DNA of 64,000 bases, from positions 981,454 to 1,045,453 of the forward strand of contig CAWACR010000003.1 of the NCBI GenBank assembly GCA_963780675.1, in the 5' to 3' direction. How positions within the stretch are numbered: position 1 is the stretch's first letter; every line of letters starts with the position of its first letter. The DNA is from an uncultured Actinomycetota bacterium. GTDB lineage: Bacteria; Actinomycetota; Actinomycetes; Actinomycetales; JAHECE01. Positions 38,408 through 47,183 of the stretch are shown here, one piece after another. Position numbers and translations under genes: made by a program. A model generated the notes under the pieces. The model did no database searches and was not told where the DNA came from. It saw only the letters and a list, made by a program, of their open reading frames with translations.

Positions 38408-38452
38408 GAGAAGTCGCGAGAAGAGAAGTCACGAGACGAGAACGGGAGATCT
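38408..38452 (+). repeat. three tandem 15-nt purine-rich units immediately upstream of ATG 38455
   Basis: Units are gagaagtcgcgagaa, gagaagtcacgagac and gagaacgggagatct. The last unit includes the probable RBS GGGAGA. Confidence 0.8.
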
Positions 38453-38454
38453 CC

Positions 38455-39624
38455 ATGGCGGACACGGTGCGGCTCGGCATCATCGGCCTCGGGCAGCAAG
38501 GCGGCATGTACGCGACGGTGATCGCGCAGGGCATGGTGCCCCACATGTCGATCGGCGCGATCTGCGACACCGATCCGGCCAAGCGGGACCTCGCGCGGGA
38601 GAAGTACCCCGACGTCGCGGTCTACGAGGACTACCAGGCGATGATCGCGAGCGGCGACGTCGACGCGATCATCACGACCGTGCCGCACTACCTCCACCCG
38701 GAGATGGGCATCGCCGCCCTCGACCGCGGGATCCACGCCCTCATCGACAAGCCGGCCGGCGTCTACACGAAGCAGGCGAAGCAGCTCATCGCCTTCGCCG
38801 CGACCAAGCCGGAGCTGACGTTCGGCATCATGTTCAACCAGCGGATGAACCCGCTGTACCAGCGGCTCAAGGCGATCGTCGAGGCCGGCGAGATCGGCCG
38901 GATCCTCCGCACCAACTGGATCATCACCACCTGGTGGCGGCCGCAGGGCTACTACGACTCGAGCGCGTGGCGCGCCACGTGGGGCGGGGAGGGCGGCGGC
39001 GTCCTCGTCAACCAGGCGCCGCACCAGCTCGACCTCTGGCAGTGGATCTGCGGCATCCCGACGTCGGTCTACTCGAAGCTCGGGTACGGGATCGGGCGGG
39101 ACATCGCCGTCGAGAACGAGGTCACGGCGGTGGTCGACTACGGCGACGGCGCCACCGGCACGTTCGTCACCTGCACCTACGACATCGCCGGCACGGACCG
39201 GTTCGAGATCCTCGGGGACAAGGGCAAGATCGTGGTCGAGGACAGCAAGACCGCGACCGTGACCCGGCTGCGCAAGCCCGAGGCGGAACTGAGCGCCGGT
39301 ATGGACATGTCCGACGTGATGAAGCTCTTCATGGGCCAGGTCGACCTCAACACGCTCTACACGCAGGAGACATTCGAGGCCGAGTCCCCGTGGGGTCGGC
39401 AGCACTCCGACGTGCTGGAGAACTTCGCGCTGAACATCCTGGACGGCACCCCGCTGATCGCCCCCGGCGCCGACGGCATCAACGGCGTCCGCCTCGCGAA
39501 CGCTATTCACCTCTCGAGCTGGACCGGCCGGGAGGTCCCGCTCGACTTCGACGAGGACGAGTACCTCACCCTGCTCAACGAGCGGATCCGCGAGGAGGGC
39601 ACGTTCCCCGAGCGCGACACATGA
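38455..39624 (+). CDS. Gfo/Idh/MocA-family oxidoreductase
   Basis: MADTVRLGIIGLGQQGGMY and LIDKPAG are present, followed by the C-terminal alpha/beta domain. Confidence 0.8.
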   Translation: MADTVRLGIIGLGQQGGMYATVIAQGMVPHMSIGAICDTDPAKRDLAREKYPDVAVYEDYQAMIASGDVDAIITTVPHYLHPEMGIAALDRGIHALIDKPAGVYTKQAKQLIAFAATKPELTFGIMFNQRMNPLYQRLKAIVEAGEIGRILRTNWIITTWWRPQGYYDSSAWRATWGGEGGGVLVNQAPHQLDLWQWICGIPTSVYSKLGYGIGRDIAVENEVTAVVDYGDGATGTFVTCTYDIAGTDRFEILGDKGKIVVEDSKTATVTRLRKPEAELSAGMDMSDVMKLFMGQVDLNTLYTQETFEAESPWGRQHSDVLENFALNILDGTPLIAPGADGINGVRLANAIHLSSWTGREVPLDFDEDEYLTLLNERIREEGTFPERDT

Positions 39625-39713
39625 CCCAGGGCGGCCGGCGAGAGGTCCTCGTCGGCGCCGAGACGAGCACGGGCGCCGTCGACGGCCGTGCCGTGAACCG
39701 CTGAGGAGGGACC

Positions 39714-40184
39714 GTGCAGGAGATCACGCACAGCACCGTCATCGCGGCGCCGGTCGAGAAGGTCACGGAGGTCGTTCTCGAGCCGAGCCTCTGGGCGACC
39801 TGGCTCGTCAGCCTCGGCGAGGTGGGTGAGGTCGACGGCGACGGCGGGGTCGGCACGACGGCCCGGCACGCCTACCACGCGGCCGACGTCCGCTTCTCGG
39901 TGACCAGCCGCGTGGTCGAGAGCACGCCGACGCCGTCCGGGGGCCACCGCTGGCGAGCGGTCTTCGACGGGCCTTTCAGCGGCTGGCAGTCCCTGGAGTG
40001 GCAGCCTGTCGGCGGTTGGGACGGGGAGCCCGGCCGGACCGGCACGCTCGTGACCGTCGAGCTGCGGTATCGGATCAGCGACGACGTCACCCTCGCGACC
40101 GCTGCCCGGGACCTCATCCGGGTGTACGAGGACGCGGTGGTCCGCCAGACGCTCGCCAACCTCAAGCGCGTCGTCGAGGGCTGA
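39714..40184 (+). CDS. SRPBCC (START/polyketide cyclase-like) family protein
   Basis: GTG at 39714 follows GAGGAGGG. It is 156 aa and begins with a pattern typical of the fold (THSTVIAAPVEKVTEVV). Confidence 0.6.
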   Translation: MQEITHSTVIAAPVEKVTEVVLEPSLWATWLVSLGEVGEVDGDGGVGTTARHAYHAADVRFSVTSRVVESTPTPSGGHRWRAVFDGPFSGWQSLEWQPVGGWDGEPGRTGTLVTVELRYRISDDVTLATAARDLIRVYEDAVVRQTLANLKRVVEG

Positions 40185-40252
40185 GCCGGGATCCGGGCTC
40201 CGGCCTCGCGACGGCGCGCGGCCGGCCCACCCCACCCCATCACTCCGGCCCG

Positions 40253-40276
40253 GGCAACGGGCGGCAACTCTTTGCC
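40253..40276. promoter_or_regulatory. candidate LacI-type operator (half-site + 14-mer) upstream of the HAD gene
   Basis: GGCAAC-gggc-GGCAACTCTTTGCC. The centre lacks CG, so this is a weaker site. Confidence 0.3.
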
Positions 40277-40364
40277 GCCGGATCCGGTCACGGAATCTAC
40301 TTCTTGTATCACCCACCAGATCCGCGCCCGCCCGACCGGGCCGTCTCACCCCCGAGGAGCAGTC

Positions 40365-41303
40365 GTGAGCACAGTCCCGCCCGCCGCCCAGGTGCTCGTC
40401 GATTTCGTCCCCACGAAGAAGTACTTCGTGGGTATCGATTCCGACGGCTGTGCCATGGACGCGATGGACATCAAGCACCAGGAATGCTTCACCCCCTGCT
40501 ACATCAAGCACTGGGACCTGCAGCCGATCTCGACGCTCGCGCGCCAGACGGCCCTGTTCGTCAACCTGGGCTCCGTCACCCGCGGGCTGAACCGCTGGCT
40601 CGCCCTGAAGCAGGTGCTCGACTTGCTCCGTGACCGCGTCGAGGTCGCCGAGCGCGGCATCACGATCCCCGAGTACCCGGAGCTCGCAGACTTCGTCGCC
40701 GCGCCCGGCTACCCGCTGTCCGACAAGGGCATCGCGAGGTACTACGAGGACCACCCGTCGGAGACCATCGCCCGCGCCATCCGCTGGGGCGACGCCGTGA
40801 ATGCGTCCATCGCCGACATGGTGCACGGCTGCGGGCCGTTCCCCGGCGTCCGCGAGGCCATGATCGCGATGCAGGACGACGTCGACTGCATGACCGTCTC
40901 CGCGACCCCGCTGCACGCGCTCGAGTACGAGTGGAACGCCCACGGGATCGCCCAGTACGTGCACATCATCGCCGGCCAGGAGATGGGCTCGAAGGCCGAG
41001 CACGTCGAGTACGCGGCCAAGGGCAAGTACGACGCGGACAAGATCATGCTCGTCGGGGACGCCCCCGGCGACCGGGACGCCGCCGCCAAGGCCGGCTGCC
41101 TCTACTACCCCATCCTGCCGGGACACGAGAAGCACTCCTGGCAGCGATTCAAGGACGAGGCGCTGCCGAAGTTCTTCGACGGGACGTTTGCCGGCGAGTA
41201 CCAGCAGGCCCTCATCGACGAGTTCAACAGCTACCTGCCCGGCGAGGTCCCCTGGGAGACCATCTCCGGCAACACGACCGTTCCCATGCCCAAGGTGAAG
41301 TGA
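40365..41303 (+). CDS. HAD-superfamily hydrolase (phosphatase-like)
   Basis: GTG at 40365 follows GAGGAG. Motif I is GIDSDGCAMD, and the motif IV-like segment is LVGDAPGDRDAA. Confidence 0.65.
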   Translation: MSTVPPAAQVLVDFVPTKKYFVGIDSDGCAMDAMDIKHQECFTPCYIKHWDLQPISTLARQTALFVNLGSVTRGLNRWLALKQVLDLLRDRVEVAERGITIPEYPELADFVAAPGYPLSDKGIARYYEDHPSETIARAIRWGDAVNASIADMVHGCGPFPGVREAMIAMQDDVDCMTVSATPLHALEYEWNAHGIAQYVHIIAGQEMGSKAEHVEYAAKGKYDADKIMLVGDAPGDRDAAAKAGCLYYPILPGHEKHSWQRFKDEALPKFFDGTFAGEYQQALIDEFNSYLPGEVPWETISGNTTVPMPKVK

Positions 41304-41315
41304 AAGGAAATCGCC

Positions 41316-43038
41316 ATGCCCACACTTGTCGACCTCAGGGCCGAGCCCTACAACCTCGATGACGAACAGATCGCCTGGGTCGAGGGCACCCTCGCGGCCA
41401 TGACGCTCGACGAGCAGGTCGGGCCAGCTGTTCACCAACCTGTTCTTCTTCGGCGTGGATGAGTTCTCCGGCAACCCGTACACCGCCGAAGAGATCATCG
41501 AGAAGTTCCACATCGGCATCGCCCGCTACCACGGCGGCACTGCAGAGAAGGTCCAGGGCCTGCTCAACCGGCTGCAGACCGCCTCCAAGATCCCGCTGCT
41601 GATCGCCGCCAACTGCGACTCCGGCGGCAACGGCGCGATGAGCGACGGCACGTACGTCGCCTCGGGCGCCCAGACCGAGGCGAGCGGGTCGACCGAGGTC
41701 GCCCGCAACGCGGGCTACGTGTCCGGCCGCGAGATGAACGCCATCGGCGCGAACCTGAACTTCGACCCGTGCGTCGACGTCTTGTTCAACTGGCGGAACA
41801 CGATCGTGAACACACGCGCCTACGGCGACACGGCCGACAAGGTGATCAAGTACACGATCCCGTTCGTCGAGGGGCAGCGCGAGTCCGGGATCCTCACGTG
41901 CATCAAGCACTGGCCCGGCGACGGCACCGAGGAACGCGACCAGCACCTGGTGCTCGGCGTCAACGAGCTCTCCCCGCAGGAGTGGGACGACTCCTTCGGC
42001 CGCGTGTACAGCGCACACATCGCCAACGGCGTCGAGATGATCATGGCCGGTCACATCGCGCTGCCGTACTACCAGCAGAAGCTCAACCCTGCGCTCGCCG
42101 ACAAGGACATCCTGCCGGCCACGCTCGCCGACGAGCTGATCAACGGGTTGCTGAAGACCCAGCTGGGCTTCAACGGCGCTGTGATCACCGACGCCTCGCA
42201 CATGCTCGGCATGACCTCGGCCATGCGCCGCGAGGACTACGTCCCGCTGGCGATCGCCGCCGGCTGCGATGCCTTCTTGTTCTTCAACAACCTGGACGAG
42301 GACTTCGCCTTCATGAAGGCGGGCGTCGAGAAGGGTGTGATCACCAAGGAACGTCTCGACGACGCCAACCGCCGCGTGCTGGGTCTCAAGGCCAAGCTCA
42401 ACCTGCACACGGCGAAGGCCGAGGGCACGCTGCTGCGTACCGCCGACGACCTGGCGGTCGTCGGCTGCGACGAGCACCTCGCCATGCGCGCTGACGCTGC
42501 CGACAAGGGCATCACGCTGGTCAAGAACACCCTCGACCAGCTCCCCCTCAACCCGACCGACCACAGACGCATCCGCCTCTACCACCTCACGGGCGAGAGC
42601 GGCATGTTCGGTGCGGTCTCCGACAAGCTCGCGCAGCTGTACGTCGAGCTGCTCACCGAGCGCGGCTACGAGGTGACGATCAACGACGGCACCACGCGCG
42701 TCAAGGGCCCGACCCTGACGTATCGCGACGAGGTGGACGCCGCCCTGATCATCGCCGAGGTCGTCGGCTACGGCGCCCAGAACAACTACCGGATCGTCTG
42801 GAAGACGGCCATGAGCAACGAGTGCCCGTGGTACGTGTGGGAGGTGCCGACCTTCATGGTCAGCCACAACTACACCACCCACCTGCACGACGCCACGATG
42901 GTGAAGTGCTACATCAACGCTTACCACTCGAACGCGGCGAACGTCGTCGCCACGATCGACAAGCTCGAGGGCAAGAGCGAGTTCAAGGGCACGCCGAACG
43001 ACCTCGTGTGGACCGAGAAGTGGCAGGCGAAGCTCTGA
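41316..43038 (+). pseudogene. glycoside hydrolase family 3 protein with one apparent 1-nt insertion near the 5' end
   Basis: ATG at 41316 gives MPTLVDLRAEPYNLDDEQIAWVEGTLAAMTLDEQVG. The frame then slips at gggCCagctg (41424/41425), where QLFTNLFFFGVDEFSG... continues in ORF 41455..43038. Total length is 3n+1. GH3 motifs KHWPGDG and GFNGAVITD are present. Confidence 0.8.
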
Positions 43039-43064
43039 ACGAGGCGTGAGCCTCGATCATGACG

Positions 43065-43103
43065 CCCGGGGTCGCACCGCCCACCAGCCGGTGCGACCCC
43101 GGG
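43065..43103 (+). terminator. hairpin downstream of the GH3 gene
   Basis: CCCGGGGTCGCACCG - 9 nt - CGGTGCGACCCCGGG forms a 15-bp perfect stem. Confidence 0.6.
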
Positions 43104-43190
43104 CTTCGTCATGTCCCCGGCCGGCACTCACTTCCGCCTCCCGGGGCCGTCGTCCCCCACACGCGGGAAGGCGTCGTCGTCGTCGCCCTG

Positions 43191-43250
43191 GCATGTGAAT
43201 AGCCGTCCGCGCATGTGAAGTGCCGTCCGGGCATGCGAATGGCCAGGGGC
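43191..43250. repeat. three tandem 20-nt units in a convergent intergenic region
   Basis: Units are gcatgtgaatagccgtccgc, gcatgtgaagtgccgtccgg and gcatgcgaatggccaggggc. The last unit merges into the inverted repeat TGGCCAGGGGC...GCCCCTGGCCA (43240-43281). Confidence 0.8.
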
Positions 43251-43299
43251 CGGGTTCCCTGCCGGGCCTGGCCCCTGGCCATGCTGCTCGCTGTCAGGC

Positions 43300-43932
43300 T
43301 CAGGAGGTCCTGGTCCTGACGGCGTCGACGATCACGTCGACGACGGCGTCCAGGGAGACCCGACTCGAGTTGATCACGATGTCGTAGCGGTCGGGGAGCC
43401 GCGGGTCCCAGCCGTAGAGCACGATCGACATGTCGGCGCGCACCTTGTCCTCGCGCGCCTGGCGCTTCGCCGCCTGCTCACGGGTGATGCCCGCCTCCTG
43501 CGCCGCCCGCGCGACCCGGTCCTCGACCGACCCGGTGAGCAGCACGTGAACCGTGTTCGGCCGGTCGGCCAGGATGACGGCGCCGTTGCGGCCCACCACC
43601 ACGCCGCCCTCGTCCGCGTACGTCCAGACCTGGCGGTTGTTGTCCATGATCAGTTCGTACTTCTGGCGCTGGGTGGTGGCGACGTCGCGGCCGTCGAAGC
43701 CGCCGTACGCGCCGCCCATCACCGAGAAGACCTGGGCCAGCGTGGCACCCTGTTCGTTCACCGAGTCCTGACCGGCCTCGATGGCCTCTGAGCTGAACGC
43801 CTGCTCGTGATAGGGGAGGCCCAGGGCCTCCGCCACCTTGCGGCCCACCTGGGCCGCGCCGGCCCCGTAGGACTCGAAGATCGTGACAACGGGCTTGGGG
43901 GAGGTCTTCCCCTGGGGGGTGGCCTCGGACAT
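43300..43932 (-). CDS. cytidylate-kinase-like (AAA/P-loop NMP kinase-like) family protein
   Basis: ATG at 43932 follows AAGGAGA (MSEATPQGKTSPKPVVTIFESYGAGAAQVGRKVAEALGLPYHE...). This resembles the Cytidylate_kin2-type family. Confidence 0.55.
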   Translation of the reverse strand: MSEATPQGKTSPKPVVTIFESYGAGAAQVGRKVAEALGLPYHEQAFSSEAIEAGQDSVNEQGATLAQVFSVMGGAYGGFDGRDVATTQRQKYELIMDNNRQVWTYADEGGVVVGRNGAVILADRPNTVHVLLTGSVEDRVARAAQEAGITREQAAKRQAREDKVRADMSIVLYGWDPRLPDRYDIVINSSRVSLDAVVDVIVDAVRTRTS

Positions 43933-44180
43933 CGGGCTCTCCTTCGATGGTTTCTCGGTGCCGTCGGACAGGTCCGAGGGCCGCGTACACAACGTGTATA
44001 GCCACCGGCAACGCATCCTGGCTCCCGGATGCCACTTGTTGCCGCGGCGGGGAAGGTCCCCCGCCGGGGCGCGGCGGGGCGAGCCCTTCCCGGGGCAATC
44101 CATGGCAATCCCGTGAGCGGATCGCCCTCGGAAACCTACGGTGACGCAATTCGACGTTGTGATGCGAAGGAGAAGCGACG

Positions 44181-46373
44181 ATGAGCGCTGGCACGAGGGA
44201 CGAGGGCGGCACGAGCACGGTCCAGACCGGTGTCCGGGACCCGGAGGCGTTCCCGTGGATGGAGGCGTCACTCTCCCCGCGGGAGCGCGCCCAGGCGCTC
44301 GTGGCGGCGATGACGCTGGAGCAGAAGATCGCTCAGCTTCACGGTGCCATGGAGACCATCGACATCTACGGGCTCGCAGCCCAGGTCACGTCCGCGGAGG
44401 AGATGGAGGCCCTCGCCGCCCAGATCGAGGTGCAGCGGCATGTGACGGGAATCGAGGAGCTCGGGATCCCGCGCTTCCGGATCACGAACGGTCCGGTGGG
44501 GGTCGGCATGGGGGACGGCACGCCGTCGCCCCCCGCCACGTCGCTGCCGATGACAATCGGCCTGGCGGCCGGCTTCGACCCGGAACTCGCGCGCCTGTAT
44601 GGCGACATCATCGGCTCGGAGACCGCCACCCTCGGCCAGCACGTGCTCGAGGGCCCGGGCGTCTGCCTGCACCGCACGCCGATCGCCGGCCGGAACTTCG
44701 AGTACTTCTCGGAGGACCCGTACCTCTCCGGCGTCATGGGCGTGCAGGTCACGCAGGCGATCCAGGCGCACGGCGTCATCGCCATGGGCAAGCACTTCGT
44801 CGTCAACGACCAGGAGTACGAGCGCTTCCGCACGAACGTCGAGGTGGACGAGCACGTGCTCCGCGAGCTCTACCTGCTGCCCTTCGAGATGCTCGTCAAG
44901 GACGGCGAGATCGCGTCGATCATGAGCGCCTACAACCGGATCCGAGGCGTGTACGCCACCGAGTACCGCCACACCCTGAACGACGTCCTGCGCCGGGAGT
45001 GGGGCTTCGACGGCTACGTGCAGTCCGACTTCTGGTCCTGCCGTTCGTGCGCGGCGTCCCTGAACGCCGGCATGGACCACGAGATGCCCGACGCGAAGTG
45101 GTTGAACGAAGCGAACGTGAAGGCCGCCCTGCACGACACGAGCCTCGAGATCCAGGCCGTCGACCGAGCTCTGGTCCGCCGCTTCACCCAGATGTTCCGC
45201 TTCGGCCAGTTCGAGCGTCCCTATGCCCCGGGTGTCATCGACGCGACGGCCCACGGCGCTCTCGCCCGCCGGATCGGCGGCCAGATCGCCGTGCTTCTGA
45301 AGAACGACGACGGCGTCCTGCCGCTGAGCAAGGACGCGGGGAGCATCGTGATCATCGGTCAGGCCGAGTACGTCGACGACGCGTGCCTCGGCGGCGGCGG
45401 CTCGTCCAAGGTTGACCCCCTCTACACCGTGCCGCCGGTGGACGGCATGCAGGACGTCCTTGCCGGACTCGGCGGGACATCCCGCGTCACCAAGGTCACG
45501 GTGGCACGCGACCTGGCCAACCTGGACGAGGCGAGGAGGGCCGCCGCGGACGCCGACGCCGTCGTCCTCATGGCCGGCCTGGTGGCGACGGAGGGCGCGG
45601 ACCAGCCGGACGCAAACATGCTCCACGGGCAGAACGAGATGCTGGATGCGCTGCTCGGCATCAACGCGACCACCGTCGTCGTGCTGAAGGACTCCAACCC
45701 CGTGCTCATGCCCTGGATCGGGAAGGCGCCAGCCGTCCTCGAGGTCTGGAACCAGGGCGCCGAGGACGGGCATGTCGTCGCCGACCTGCTGTTCGGGGTG
45801 GTCAATCCGTCCGGAAAGGTGCCGACCACCTACATGGCGGACGAGGGCGACGCCCTCTACGCCGGCCAACCCGAGCGCTACCCAGGGACCGACGAGGGCG
45901 AAGGCTTCCCGACCATCCGGTACTCCGAGGGCCTTCGGATCGGCTACCGCTGGTTCCAGAGCGGAGACATCCGACCCCTCTTCGGCTTCGGATTCGGGCT
46001 GTCCTACACCACCTTCGACCTCTCCGACGTCGCGGTCGACGCGACGACCACCGACGGGACGACCCCGGTCACCGTCTCCGCGACCGTCGCCAACACCGGC
46101 GACGTCGCCGGCGCGGAGGTGGTGCAGGTGTACCTCGGCATCCCGGTCGCTGGGCAGCCGCCCAAGCGACTGGTCGGGTTCCGCAAGGTCGCCCTAGAGG
46201 CCGGGGAATCGAGAACGGTCTCGATCACCGTGGACCCTGGCGCGACGAACCACCCGTTCAGTGTGTGGAGCGAGAACGCCCGCGACTTCGTCGTCGAGCC
46301 CGGCGCGTACACCGTGTACGTCGGGACCTCGGCGGATGACACCCCGCACCAGTTCACCGTCACGGCAGGCTGA
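44181..46373 (+). CDS. glycoside hydrolase family 3 beta-glucosidase-type enzyme with C-terminal fibronectin-like domain
   Basis: ATG at 44181 follows AAGGAGA. EKIAQL, GRNFEYFSEDPYL, KHFVVNDQE, GYVQSDF and the C-terminal GFGLSYTTF plus VQVYL block are present. The gene is intact. Confidence 0.85.
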   Translation: MSAGTRDEGGTSTVQTGVRDPEAFPWMEASLSPRERAQALVAAMTLEQKIAQLHGAMETIDIYGLAAQVTSAEEMEALAAQIEVQRHVTGIEELGIPRFRITNGPVGVGMGDGTPSPPATSLPMTIGLAAGFDPELARLYGDIIGSETATLGQHVLEGPGVCLHRTPIAGRNFEYFSEDPYLSGVMGVQVTQAIQAHGVIAMGKHFVVNDQEYERFRTNVEVDEHVLRELYLLPFEMLVKDGEIASIMSAYNRIRGVYATEYRHTLNDVLRREWGFDGYVQSDFWSCRSCAASLNAGMDHEMPDAKWLNEANVKAALHDTSLEIQAVDRALVRRFTQMFRFGQFERPYAPGVIDATAHGALARRIGGQIAVLLKNDDGVLPLSKDAGSIVIIGQAEYVDDACLGGGGSSKVDPLYTVPPVDGMQDVLAGLGGTSRVTKVTVARDLANLDEARRAAADADAVVLMAGLVATEGADQPDANMLHGQNEMLDALLGINATTVVVLKDSNPVLMPWIGKAPAVLEVWNQGAEDGHVVADLLFGVVNPSGKVPTTYMADEGDALYAGQPERYPGTDEGEGFPTIRYSEGLRIGYRWFQSGDIRPLFGFGFGLSYTTFDLSDVAVDATTTDGTTPVTVSATVANTGDVAGAEVVQVYLGIPVAGQPPKRLVGFRKVALEAGESRTVSITVDPGATNHPFSVWSENARDFVVEPGAYTVYVGTSADDTPHQFTVTAG

Positions 46374-46457
46374 GCGCGCCAGAGGCGGCGTCGCCCGTGG
46401 AATCGGGCAGCGCCGCCTCTCGTCCGCGCCCGACGCCGACCGACCCCCGCGTCACAC

Positions 46458-46505
46458 AACTTTGACACGATGTCGCCGCTGCTTTACATTCGTTCGTGTC
46501 AAGTT
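46458..46505 (+). promoter_or_regulatory. sigma70-like promoter embedded in an inverted repeat upstream of the membrane-protein / XRE operon
   Basis: TTGACA (46462-46467), 17 nt, then TACATT (46485-46490). The arms AACTTTGACACGA and TCGTGTCAAGTT flank it. The patch is A/T-rich. Confidence 0.45.
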
Positions 46506-46527
46506 TTCTGTACACGAGGGGGTTGCG

Positions 46528-46956
46528 ATGACGCTCGAGGAGAAGAGCACCTGGAGCCTGGCGGCGGTGTCGGTCGTCGCGTACGCGACGTACGTGGTCG
46601 TGATCCTCACGCAGGCCGACGGAGCGCCGCTGCCCGAGGTGGCGTACCAGGCCACGCTGCTGTGGACGATCGGCGGCGCCGTCGTCGTCGCCATCCTGCT
46701 CAACATCGCCATCCAGGTGACGTCCGACAAGGACGCCCCGGCCAAAGATCAGCGCGACCGCGAGATCTACCGGTTCGGCGAGTACGTGGGCCAGGCTTTC
46801 GTGGTGATCGGCGCAATCGCGGCGCTCATCCTGGCCATGCTCGAGGCCGCCCACTTCTGGATCGCGAACGCCGTCTACCTGGCCTTCGTGCTGTCCGCCG
46901 TCGTCGGCTCCGCGGCGAAGATCGTCGCCTACCGGCGGGGGCTGCCCACATGGTGA
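46528..46956 (+). CDS. small integral membrane protein (4 predicted TM helices)
   Basis: ATG at 46528 follows GAGGGGG. Hydrophobic segments are separated by a short charged loop (DKDAPAKDQRDREIYRF). The stop overlaps the XRE start. Confidence 0.6.
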   Translation: MTLEEKSTWSLAAVSVVAYATYVVVILTQADGAPLPEVAYQATLLWTIGGAVVVAILLNIAIQVTSDKDAPAKDQRDREIYRFGEYVGQAFVVIGAIAALILAMLEAAHFWIANAVYLAFVLSAVVGSAAKIVAYRRGLPTW

Positions 46957-47183
46957 AGCCCACCCGGGTGACCAACTCGATCCGCGCCCTGCGCTTCGCC
47001 CACGGTGAGATGACGCAGGCGGAACTCGCCCGACGCATCGGCGTCACCCGCCAGACCGTCATCGCCATCGAGCAGGGCCGTTACTCCCCCTCCCTCGAGA
47101 TGGCGTTCCAGATCGCCCAGGTGTTCGGCGTCGGTCTCGACGACGTCTTCCAGTACCCGCTCAGCGAAGGAGACGCCCGATGA
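46950..47183 (+). CDS. XRE/Cro-C1-type helix-turn-helix transcriptional regulator (77 aa)
   Basis: MTQAELARRIGVTRQTVIAIEQGRYSPSLEMAFQIAQVFG is a canonical HTH_3 segment. Confidence 0.8.
   Translation: MVKPTRVTNSIRALRFAHGEMTQAELARRIGVTRQTVIAIEQGRYSPSLEMAFQIAQVFGVGLDDVFQYPLSEGDAR

Noticed and set aside
43191-43250. Possible CRISPR array.
   Set aside because: There are only three directly abutting, imperfect 20-nt units with no spacers and no cas genes in the window.
44004-44046. GGCAAC-gcatcc...ggatgc-cactt-GTTGCC as a further copy of the shared operator upstream of the second GH3 gene.
   Set aside because: It has the half-sites but not the 14-mer core with central CG. The architecture differs, so I did not count it.
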